64,000 nt of DNA from an uncultured Verrucomicrobiae bacterium (GTDB taxonomy: Bacteria > Verrucomicrobiota > Verrucomicrobiia > Limisphaerales > Palsa-1400), in assembly GCA_963764165.1 (NCBI GenBank), contig CAVXRD010000001.1, positions 896,001 to 960,000 on the forward strand. The letters are read 5' to 3'. Both the position numbers and the translations under genes were made by a program. How positions within the stretch are numbered: position 1 is the first letter of the stretch; each line of letters starts with the position of its first letter. Positions 18,775-27,101 of this stretch are shown one piece after another. The notes beneath the pieces were generated by a model. It saw nothing but the letters and a program-made list of their open reading frames with translations. It had not been told where the DNA came from and ran no database searches.

Positions 18775-19008
18775 ATGAAAACAATTAGCACGCGCGAGTT
18801 CTTTCATGCTCCGGGCCTCGTCAAGAGTCTGCGGCCGGGGCAAACACTCCTGGTGACGGATAATGGGAACCCCAACTTCATGGTCACGAAGGCGGGATGC
18901 CGCCCCATGAAAACTGCGGCTGATTTGCAGCGGGAGGCCGAGGAGATTTTTCCGGGAAAACGTCCCAGGGTGAATTTCACCAGCTTGATTCGGAAGCTTA
19001 AAAAATGA
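18775..19008 (+). CDS. Antitoxin (Phd/YefM-like)
   Basis: MKTISTREF...LLVTDNGNP; ATGA overlap with the PIN gene. Confidence 0.8.
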   Translation: MKTISTREFFHAPGLVKSLRPGQTLLVTDNGNPNFMVTKAGCRPMKTAADLQREAEEIFPGKRPRVNFTSLIRKLKK

Positions 19009-19484
19009 ATCTTTATGCGGATTCGAGCTTTGTTGTGGCAAGCCGCATCCGGCATGACACTTTTCACAGGCCTGCCTTGCAGTTTTACAAAGGCCATGAA
19101 ACCGACGTTTGGTTTTGGTCGCCCTGGCACCGGGTGGAAGTTTTGAATACTATTCGACAACTGACACGCAATCCCGACCGCAAACGGAGCCTCAGTCAGG
19201 CAGAAGCCAAGGCGTTGATTTACCGGATTGAAACGGACGTGCGCCTCGGTTATTTACTGCACATCGAAGCAGACTGGAGGGATGTGCTTCGGACGGCCAG
19301 CGAAATCAGCGCGGAGAACGCCTTTGCCCGCTCGTGTCCGGCAACGGATTTGCTCCATGTCGCTTACGCAAAGGAATTTGCCGCGGATCTGTTTGTCAGT
19401 TTCGACGACGAACAGGTTTTGCTGGCGCAGTCGGCGGGATTAATGGCCATCAACCCCGTGAATGGGTCTTCTTTGTCGGATTGA
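19005..19484 (+). CDS. VapC-like PIN-domain toxin
   Basis: YADSSF, EV, DLLHVAYA and FVSFDDEQ carry the PIN acidic residues. Confidence 0.9.
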   Translation: MNLYADSSFVVASRIRHDTFHRPALQFYKGHETDVWFWSPWHRVEVLNTIRQLTRNPDRKRSLSQAEAKALIYRIETDVRLGYLLHIEADWRDVLRTASEISAENAFARSCPATDLLHVAYAKEFAADLFVSFDDEQVLLAQSAGLMAINPVNGSSLSD

Positions 19485-19551
19485 GTTGTGGCAGAAGGCC
19501 CCGAAAACCATTGCGCATCGCAGCGGTTTTGGCCGCATTAGCGTCATGGCT

Positions 19552-19590
19552 GGAGAGATGGCAGAGTGGTTTAACGCGCACGCCTGGAAA
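19552..19590 (+). pseudogene. 5' half of tRNA-Ser(GGA), truncated at the end of the anticodon loop
   Basis: GGAGAGATGGCAGAGTGGTTTAACGCGCACGCCTGGAAA followed by unrelated sequence; no 3' half found. Confidence 0.8.
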
Positions 19591-19621
19591 ATGTAAAACC
19601 GTTTTTTGCTTTGGTAATCTC

Positions 19622-19753
19622 ATTGCATATTTTGAAGTCACCCAACACAGGCGCATGTTTGCGGTTGTTTGATTGCGGGCGGCGGCGCAAGTCCGGGCGC
19701 GGATATCAAATCAGCTCGGAAGTGCGGGCAATGACCGCGACAAAAATATGTGA
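19622..19753. repeat. 132-bp direct repeat, copy B
   Basis: Partner of 18553-18684. Confidence 0.9.
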
Positions 19754-20106
19754 TTGAGTTGGTCTGACACAATGCCCTAATGGGCGCCCCTTTCACTTTC
19801 TGCCGATCAAGAGAATCGCCGTGCGGGTGGGATTGGGAACATCAAAGAGCGCCAACGCCGAACTGCATAAATGGATGCAATCCAACGGGAAAGGAACGGC
19901 GCTGCAGCCAACGAAGGCAACAAAATGATCGAGAAAACAGGCAAAAACGAACGAAACTATGGGTTGACCCCTTTTACTGTGCTCGGTTCATTGCTCCCTT
20001 TCAATTTCACGGCAATAGCAACAGGCGATAAAATCCTTCTGCTTCTGGTCCGATGGCAATGGATACCGTCGTCGTGGAATTGGTTGCGATGATGGCGGTT
20101 CCTAAA

Positions 20107-22929
20107 TCAATCCAGCTTGCCTGAGAAAGATCGGTCTTGTACCTGTAATTGCCATGTTTGTCCTCTGGTTCCACTCCAAGCAAGAGTCAATTCGCTATCG
20201 GTTCGACTTGAAGTTACAACAAGCATTGGCAGCTTTGTTGCAACCGCCGGAATATATCTGGTGAGCAAAAAAGCGTGTCTTTGGCCCAATGGATTGAGAC
20301 CATAACCAACTATTTGGCCTTTGTCGTTGATGCCGTTTGCGCACAACAACGTCCATCCGGACGTTTGATCGATCCAAGTGTTCAGGTCAATAAACCTGCC
20401 TCCCGCGTAAAGACAGGCACAGCCTTCTCCGCCAGTATTGTAATCATAAGTAAACCCCACAATCTGACCTTTGTTGTTTATGCTCGTGGCTTCGCTTCCA
20501 TTGGTTCCCAATGTACCCAAGTCAGTCATAGTCCCTGCACAATAAAGGAATGCATGGCCCAACAGAGAGGCATAGCCGAAGTCGTTGCCACTGATTGTAG
20601 AAAACCCAACCACTTGGTTGCTGTCATTAATGCTGTAGGCATCACTGTAACTGCCGCCCAGTGTACCCAAGTAGGTCATCGCTCCCATATTATAAAGGTA
20701 CGCTTCATCAGTTCCTGGGTAGTAATTGATACAGGCGATTAGGCCGTTGTCATTTATGGCGGTCGCTTCACTCTCGGCGTTCGTGTCGCTATCTAGCGTT
20801 CCCAAGTCGCTCATCGTTCCTGCGGAATAGAGAAAGGCATGCCAGGGGCCTGCGACGGTGTTGGCATAACCTACAACCTGTCCACTGTTATTGATACCAG
20901 AAGCTTGGCTGTAAGCGCCTCCCAAAGTACCCAGGTCAGTCATCCTTGCTGCGTTATAAAGGAAGGCGCGGTTCGAGACGCAGTTCCATGAGAACCCAAC
21001 GACTTGACCCTTGTTGTTGATAGCGCAGGCCATGCTGCCGTCGTCATCGCCGCCGAGTGTTCCCAAATTGATCATTGCCCCTTCGCTATAAAGATAGGCA
21101 TAGTCGGCGAGGTCCCCACTAGCATAAGCATCCCCTACCACTTGGCCCATGTTGTTGATAGCAAGTGCTTCGCTGATGCTCCCTCCCAGTGTTCCCAGGT
21201 CGATCACCATAAGATATGTAAGCGCATTTATGAGGTCAGTGCCGCTCGGCGTGCCCCATCCAGTGCAGAGATCGTAGCCGGAAACTGCGAAAAACTGGTT
21301 TGGGCTGGCACTGCTAGTGTTATTCCCAGATGTAATGTCATTGAAGCAGGAGCCGTAATTTGTGCTCTGACCAATCCCATAAATCGCTGGATTGATAAAA
21401 CCCACCGGTGGCATGCCGTTTGTCTCTGCCTGCTGGTTGACGAGCGCCATAAAACCAGCCCAAAGAGGCGCGCCGGCACTAGTCCCTTCTATTGCCTCTT
21501 CTTGGCCATTGTCCGCAACGACAAAAATGTCGTCGGCGACCATGGCAACATCGGGTAGGTTTCTCATCCTCTTCGATCCCCTATTAGCGCTCATATCAAC
21601 TCCCTGTTGCCACTCCGGGATTGGGTACGAAGCGCTGATTCCGCCGCCACTACCTGTACCGTTGTTATCATTCCAAACTGATTCCGAAACCCGCGCTTCA
21701 CCTGAACCGCTCATCGTCAAGGATGTTCCACCCACAATTGTGATACTCGGCTCGTCGACTGGCGATGGAACCCCTCCGACGTAAGCATCCTTGTCGCCAC
21801 TGGAGTTGAAGAAACTTTGCCCTTGCAGGCCAAATTCTTGAAAAATCTGCTCTGTGCTTGCGTCGATGTTAAGGCCGGTCCACGAACAACTGATTTGGTT
21901 GGCTAGATCGTCCGTGGCGATGCGGTTCAAGATGTCATTATCAACCGAAACCACGTCGTTGTTGATGGCCTCGTAAACAAAAACATTAGACAATCCAGGG
22001 GCGATTGAAATCGCCATCTCAATATCCAGAGCAACCTCGCCATTGTCGCTGCCTGGCGTGCCGCTGAATCCATCCAACAACACATTCGACAAGGGTACGG
22101 TGTGTATGCCAGCTTTGCCTTCATAAATGGCGATGTCGTTTGGATAGTAGCCGTCGAATTCAACCAAAGCAACCGCCTGCCCGAAACCAGTCAAACTGAC
22201 TCCCGGCACGTAGGCGGCACGAAAATCGTTGCCCATATAATTACCGCTTGGCCCAGAGCCGTTTTGTGGGGTGGCATTCCGCGGATTTGGTTTCTTCCGG
22301 TGCATGTTGGAGTGCAGACGGATGTAGTTGTCCAAGCCGCTGATGTGCAGGACGGGCACGACCGAATCTAGAGATGGATCAACATCCGGAGCAAAGAAAG
22401 TTCGCGGTTCGGTTGGATGTTGGTAAATAAGAAGGCTAACATGGAACATTTTCTCTATTTGCGCGACCGTCCCACTAACATCCAGCAACGTGCGATTGGG
22501 TTGTGTTCCTGTGACCGTCATGCCATTGGCTTCAACGAAATCTGTGAGAGCCTGATAATCCTCTTTGGTTGGGCCAAATCGCGCTGTGAACTGCACGGGG
22601 GTCAAATACTGGTGATAATCGGAACTTCCCGGGTCATAGATTTGTTTAAACAGTGTGTCGGCCTCTTGTTTCCCGCGTAATGGCAGGCCGATGATGATAC
22701 CCAGACGGGTTAACGGCGCCAAACGACCAACCGGTTGCAGGCGAGCTGTGATCGAAGGAACATGGCCGTGGAGCGTTTGTTTACCCCTCGGCTGCGCGAC
22801 AGCCGCCTGTTGTTGACCAACAACCTGACCTAAAACGGAACCTACTGGCATTAAGACGCCAGCCAAAATCAAGTTGAGGCCGACGATTTGCGCCAGCAAG
22901 TGAAATAGACGTCTCTTGCACGATCCCAT
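20107..22929 (-). CDS. Secreted S53 protease with HAF-type extracellular repeats; the C-terminal domain is frameshifted (restored stop at 20007)
   Basis: Pro-domain; EVALDIE, EGTSAGAP, GYDLCTGWGTP; repeated (D/N/Y)LGTL...AxxINxxGQVVG...AFLY units. Confidence 0.9.
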   Translation of the reverse strand: MGSCKRRLFHLLAQIVGLNLILAGVLMPVGSVLGQVVGQQQAAVAQPRGKQTLHGHVPSITARLQPVGRLAPLTRLGIIIGLPLRGKQEADTLFKQIYDPGSSDYHQYLTPVQFTARFGPTKEDYQALTDFVEANGMTVTGTQPNRTLLDVSGTVAQIEKMFHVSLLIYQHPTEPRTFFAPDVDPSLDSVVPVLHISGLDNYIRLHSNMHRKKPNPRNATPQNGSGPSGNYMGNDFRAAYVPGVSLTGFGQAVALVEFDGYYPNDIAIYEGKAGIHTVPLSNVLLDGFSGTPGSDNGEVALDIEMAISIAPGLSNVFVYEAINNDVVSVDNDILNRIATDDLANQISCSWTGLNIDASTEQIFQEFGLQGQSFFNSSGDKDAYVGGVPSPVDEPSITIVGGTSLTMSGSGEARVSESVWNDNNGTGSGGGISASYPIPEWQQGVDMSANRGSKRMRNLPDVAMVADDIFVVADNGQEEAIEGTSAGAPLWAGFMALVNQQAETNGMPPVGFINPAIYGIGQSTNYGSCFNDITSGNNTSSASPNQFFAVSGYDLCTGWGTPSGTDLINALTYLMVIDLGTLGGSISEALAINNMGQVVGDAYASGDLADYAYLYSEGAMINLGTLGGDDDGSMACAINNKGQVVGFSWNCVSNRAFLYNAARMTDLGTLGGAYSQASGINNSGQVVGYANTVAGPWHAFLYSAGTMSDLGTLDSDTNAESEATAINDNGLIACINYYPGTDEAYLYNMGAMTYLGTLGGSYSDAYSINDSNQVVGFSTISGNDFGYASLLGHAFLYCAGTMTDLGTLGTNGSEATSINNKGQIVGFTYDYNTGGEGCACLYAGGRFIDLNTWIDQTSGWTLLCANGINDKGQIVGYGLNPLGQRHAFLLTRYIPAVATKLPMLVVTSSRTDSELTLAWSGTRGQTWQLQVQDRSFSGKLD

Positions 22930-23037
22930 AAATGACTTGGAATTCAAATTGCCTTGCATGCCAGCGTTTGCTTCAAAGGACAATTTTTCTACGCCGCGCC
23001 CAACTTAAATGCAACCGAAAAGTCGAAGCCAGAACGA

Positions 23038-23161
23038 TTCAGTTGATGAAGAAAAACTCGTTGGAGATCAGGAGCACTTGCGCGAACTTATCCCACGTCC
23101 CCAGTGGCTTGACTTGCGCGCCGGGGATGCGGAAGTTCTCACGGGCGTCCCATAGACCCGT
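23038..23161 (-). repeat. Copy 2 (124 bp) of the 3' end of the PSD1/DUF1553 gene
   Basis: Matches 27627-27750 with 6 substitutions by eye. Confidence 0.92.
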
Positions 23162-23164
23162 AAA

Positions 23165-23212
23165 GGGGTCAGTTAAGGGTATTGGCATATTCCAATACCC
23201 TTAACTGACCCC
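23165..23212. repeat. Perfect hairpin with 21-bp arms, copy A
   Basis: GGGGTCAGTTAAGGGTATTGG-CATATT-CCAATACCCTTAACTGACCCC. Confidence 0.9.
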
Positions 23213-23597
23213 GTTGTCCGATTACGCATCCGCGAGCTCAAGAGCGGACGACAGGAGGTGGAAACAGTTTGGATCGTCACCAGTCTGAGCGCCGAGAAAG
23301 CAGGCGCGGCCCGGCTCTTGGAGCTAGCCCGCCAATACTGGAGCATTGAAAACGGCACACACGACCGCCTCGACGTCAGCAGCGGGGAGGATCGTTGCCG
23401 GGTGCGCCATCCCGTGGCGGCAACGGTGCTCGGGATCCTCCGCCGCGCTGTGCAGGGTGAATATCGAGCATGGGCGCACCGCCAGCGTAGAGTCAGAGAC
23501 AGCACCTGTCCGGCCTTCCTGGAGAAGATGGGCCGACGCGTCCCCTTGGTTCTCCGCTACCTCCTCGGCGATGTCTCAAGACGTTAGAGCGGCCCTG
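23213..23597 (+). mobile_element. ISAs1-family transposase C-terminal remnant with right end
   Basis: VTSL...RQYWSIENGTHDRLDVSSGEDRCRVR matches the ISAs1 RxHWxIENxLHxxLD...ED motif; ends ...GCCCTG at 23597. Confidence 0.85.
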
Positions 23598-23625
23598 GCG
23601 TTGCTTAGCAGTTTTCCCAAGGTGC

Positions 23626-23654
23626 TTGTCAGGAGTTCGGAGCCGTGCTAAGTT
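23626..23654 (+). promoter_or_regulatory. Putative promoter of the second toxin-antitoxin pair
   Basis: TTGTCA-N17-TAAGTT with an extended TG motif; ATG at 23664. Confidence 0.5.
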
Positions 23655-23663
23655 CTCAAGGCC

Positions 23664-23930
23664 ATGCAAGTGACCGTCGAAATGCCCGACCAAATTGCCC
23701 GCCAATGGGGAGACACCCCGGATGCGATTGGCCGTCACATTTTGGAGGATGCAGCCATTGAAGGTTATCGCGCCGGACGCCTTTCGCAACGGCAGGCAGG
23801 CACGATGCTGGGGCTGGACTATTGGCAAACCGAAGCCTTTTTGAGCCAGCGCTCTGTGCCGCTGAATTATTCCCCCGCCGATCTCTCGGATGACAAGGTC
23901 ACGCTGGAAAAAATTCTTTCCGGCTCGTGA
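23664..23930 (+). CDS. UPF0175-family antitoxin
   Basis: AIEGYRAGRLS...AGTMLGL...FL....VPLNY...L..D pattern. Confidence 0.85.
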   Translation: MQVTVEMPDQIARQWGDTPDAIGRHILEDAAIEGYRAGRLSQRQAGTMLGLDYWQTEAFLSQRSVPLNYSPADLSDDKVTLEKILSGS

Positions 23931-24359
23931 GCGTCGTTGTTTCTGATACTTCACCATTGACTACCTGATTTTGTGCCACGCGGCCGACGTGTTGCCCCAG
24001 TTGTTCCACCAAGTGGTGATTCCGCCGACGGTGTTCCGCGAAATGCAGCAGCCCAACACGCCGCCCGCGGTGCGCCAGTGGGCATCCGCGCTGCCGCCTT
24101 GGGTGAACGGGAAGCTATTTGCCTCGCCAAGGAAATCCACGCCGACGCGGTGCTGATGGACGACAAGGCTGGGCGCAACGCGGCCAGGCAGTGCGGTCTG
24201 GCTGTGGTCGGAACCATTGGTTTGCTGGAACAAGCCGCCAAACGAGGGATGGTTGATTTGCCAACTGCACTGGCAAGTCTGCGCCGGACCAACGCCCGGC
24301 TGGACCCCGAACTCATTGAAGCCGCGCTTCTTCGTGGCCAGGCACGGACGCGAAGTTGA
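23927..24359 (+). pseudogene. DUF3368/PIN toxin pseudogene (two frame breaks)
   Basis: VVVSDTSP in one frame; YLIL...LPQLFHQVVIPPTVFREM...LPPW in a second; LGEREAICLA...LMDDKAGR...GTIGLL in a third piece. Confidence 0.85.
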
Positions 24360-24761
24360 GAGCCGCCTAATCTTCCAGCAGAGCAGATTTCCGTTCACCC
24401 CCCCTCCCTCGAATTGACGATTGCCAGAATCGCCGCCTTAAGAACCGCCGGGAGTTTATCCCATGACGCGACTGCTTTAGCCAAATCAGGTACTGGCCGT
24501 GTCCGCGGCCTGTGCGCGCATCCGTGTATAGCCCTCTGTGGCGGATTGCGGAACCATTGTAGTATTTGGCAGAAATTGGATACACTCCCGATAATCCTAT
24601 TCTCAAACGCCGCCATACAATACCTCCGTTGGCCGACATCGGCGTAGCCGCATGCCAAAACTTCATGCCCAGCTTTTACCACGCCCGCCCCCGGCCATGG
24701 CAGGAGGTCCTCCCTTTACCGCCTACACTTCATCGTGCATCTCAATCGCAGGTCCAAGCCA

Positions 24762-25556
24762 TCAATGATGCTCCTTGCTTGGCGGAACGGTATCGACTGA
24801 AGAATTGTTCGTCCCGGCGCCCAACCGCAGCTCGGATGACGCATATTCTGCGATGAGATTCCTTCGTTGCTGGTCCGAATACCTCAAATAATCTGCGTCA
24901 CTAATTCTGATCAGCTTCCGCCAGTTCCGCAGTTCGACCGCAGGAACGGTCGCCCATGAGCTCTCTTCAAGCCGAAGAAAAACCAACTCCTTTGTTCGGC
25001 CATCAATTTCAATCCAAACGTCTGTTCCCGGTTTTGGTCCCCATTCCAAATCGAAAAGCGGAAGCATATCCTTTAAATTTGCTTCCTCGTTCCGCCATCG
25101 AAATTGCTGGCTGACTACGCAGCGGTTGCTTCGTTCTAGCGCCGACACATTCACCCCCATTTTCCAGAGCCAGTTCGTGGCGAGGTGGTACGCGTCATTC
25201 GTGCCAATCGTTGAGGACTGCCTGGAAAGCCAATCATTCCTTCTGGCCACGGGCCAGGTATCCCAAATATTGCCTTTAACTATAAACACCAGTCTTCCGG
25301 CGTCAGAGAATCCATAACTGTAATTGTCCGTTGTCACCCGCCCTGAAAACTTTGGTTGATTCGGAATATCGCCGGCCCATAAGGCTGGCGGAGTGGAAAA
25401 CGCCTCAAACCCCCAAAGGTTAGGAGCAGTTACATTGGTATACCTCAGAGTGCTCGTCTCCACCGGCAGATTTTCCACCAGACCAAGCCGCGGCACCGCC
25501 CAGTTAATATTCGAAACCATTAATGCCACTGCAACGTACTGATAGGCTAAAAACAT
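24762..25556 (-). CDS. Hypothetical protein
   Basis: 264-aa ORF, AT-richer than the core genes; start uncertain. Confidence 0.6.
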   Translation of the reverse strand: MFLAYQYVAVALMVSNINWAVPRLGLVENLPVETSTLRYTNVTAPNLWGFEAFSTPPALWAGDIPNQPKFSGRVTTDNYSYGFSDAGRLVFIVKGNIWDTWPVARRNDWLSRQSSTIGTNDAYHLATNWLWKMGVNVSALERSNRCVVSQQFRWRNEEANLKDMLPLFDLEWGPKPGTDVWIEIDGRTKELVFLRLEESSWATVPAVELRNWRKLIRISDADYLRYSDQQRRNLIAEYASSELRLGAGTNNSSVDTVPPSKEHH

Positions 25557-25610
25557 ATTTTCATCTCCCGCAACGCCCGAAGCTATTGGTTAATGCCCCC
25601 TCGGTAATTA

Positions 25611-25640
25611 ACGAGGGTTCGATTCCCTTCGCCCGCTCCA
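25611..25640 (+). pseudogene. 3' fragment of tRNA-Gly (att-like scar)
   Basis: ACGAGGGTTCGATTCCCTTCGCCCGCTCCA gives the T-arm, Gly-type CCCGC acceptor strand, T discriminator and CCA; no 5' half. Confidence 0.8.
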
Positions 25641-25826
25641 TGAATAATCCACCACTTACAAAGAGACGCAAGTGAAGTGCAAGCAAATCGAGCACTTCCG
25701 GCCCCGAGAATTCAATCCAATTTTTCCGTCAGCGAAGGGAATTGAACCCTCCTTGTCGCCTCACCCCTGGGTGGCAGGCCACCCCCCCGAGGCAAGCCTT
25801 GCGATGCTATGGAAAACGCCGAGAAA

Positions 25827-25873
25827 GGGGTCAGTTAGGGGTATTGGTATATGCCAATACCCTTAACTGACCC
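25827..25873. repeat. Hairpin, copy B
   Basis: GGGGTCAGTTAGGGGTATTGG-TATATG-CCAATACCCTTAACTGACCC, near-identical to 23165-23212. Confidence 0.9.
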
Positions 25874-26046
25874 GTGGCGCACCATTCATAGCCATGTCTC
25901 GCCATACGTCCGAATTTCAGACCAACATAATCGCATATGCTCCGTCCTCCGCCAAGGCGCGCGCTGCTAAGAAGCGACGCGCATCTCGTCAGCCTTGAGC
26001 GTAGCCGCACTTTTCATTTGTCGAAACCGTCGTCATTCAACAATCT

Positions 26047-26241
26047 GTGGCTGTGGGCGTGTCTTCGAAAACGAGCAATGGATTTGCGGCCCCGCCTCGC
26101 ACGGGCAAAGAGATGCGGTCGCTCTACCGCCGAGTAGTCAAGAAGATTACCGCCATGTCGCCTGAACAACGGCTGGCGACGATGGTGCGGGCGGGCATTT
26201 ACACCAAGAGCGGGAAGCTGACCAAACAGTACGGGGGCTGA
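26047..26241 (+). CDS. Small basic hypothetical protein
   Basis: 64-aa ORF ending LATMVRAGIYTKSGKLTKQYGG. Confidence 0.5.
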   Translation: MAVGVSSKTSNGFAAPPRTGKEMRSLYRRVVKKITAMSPEQRLATMVRAGIYTKSGKLTKQYGG

Positions 26242-26336
26242 TAAAAGCGATTCATTCCACAAGCTACGGCTCCCTGCTTCGCACTCCGGGCCATACGTCA
26301 GAGCAGCGCGGCCCCGCGCCTCGCCTGACGATGTTT

Positions 26337-27035
26337 TCAAATCCATTCAGGCGGACGAGTGATCGCTTCGTTTTCGTTCACCCGGACCGTGGCCGGAAAT
26401 AAGTGGCGTGGAATGTCTGTCAACGGGAGCGGTTTGCAGGTCACTCCCATGCGGTGATAATTGTCGTTGCGGCGCTGTTGGCGCTCGTCCTCCAAAACCG
26501 GAACATACACGGTGATTTTTACGTGCGGATAATTCTGGCGCACCCATTCGACGGCGGGTTCAAGGTCGGAATCGCCGGACACAATCACCATTGAATCGGT
26601 CAGCCCCCGAACGGCGTCTTCCAGCAGATTGATCGCAATGTTCACGTCGGTCTTTTTTTCCTCGGCCACTTGGTATTCGAGGCGGCGCATGCAGTCGCGG
26701 GCCTGGCAGGTGACAGTGCGCTCCTGATATTTACCCAGGATGATTCTGACTTTGGGCAACGTGCCGAGTGCCTTCAAATATCGTTTTTGGCGGTCACGCC
26801 GGGTGCTGATGTGTTTCATCGGATCAACCAGCGCCGTGAAAAATTTGACGCTGACAACATCCTCATCCAGCCGCAACGCCTCAAAAAGCGATTGGACATT
26901 CAGCCATTTCCACGCCGGGTTGTGCTGGAATATGCCAAAATACCAGTTGAACGCATCCACGTAGATGGTGCAGCGCTTTTTGGGTTGTGGCGGCGGGTTG
27001 GATTCAGCATAGGGGGAAAAAGGGGCAAAAATCAT
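26337..27035 (-). CDS. NYN-domain (LabA/DUF88, PIN-like) ribonuclease
   Basis: IYVDAFNWY, EEKKTDVNIA, IVSGDSDLEPAV. Confidence 0.92.
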   Translation of the reverse strand: MIFAPFSPYAESNPPPQPKKRCTIYVDAFNWYFGIFQHNPAWKWLNVQSLFEALRLDEDVVSVKFFTALVDPMKHISTRRDRQKRYLKALGTLPKVRIILGKYQERTVTCQARDCMRRLEYQVAEEKKTDVNIAINLLEDAVRGLTDSMVIVSGDSDLEPAVEWVRQNYPHVKITVYVPVLEDERQQRRNDNYHRMGVTCKPLPLTDIPRHLFPATVRVNENEAITRPPEWI

Positions 27036-27101
27036 TAAAATGGGGCTTGATTTTCCGGGCCGAGAGGCCGATATTCATCCCAACTTCTCGCAATTGCGAT
27101 T

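Noticed and set aside
19552..25640. The two tRNA fragments as halves of one split or intron-containing tRNA
   Set aside because: The 5' piece is Ser (GGAGAG acceptor) and the 3' piece is Gly-type (CCCGC-T-CCA), so the acceptor strands cannot pair.
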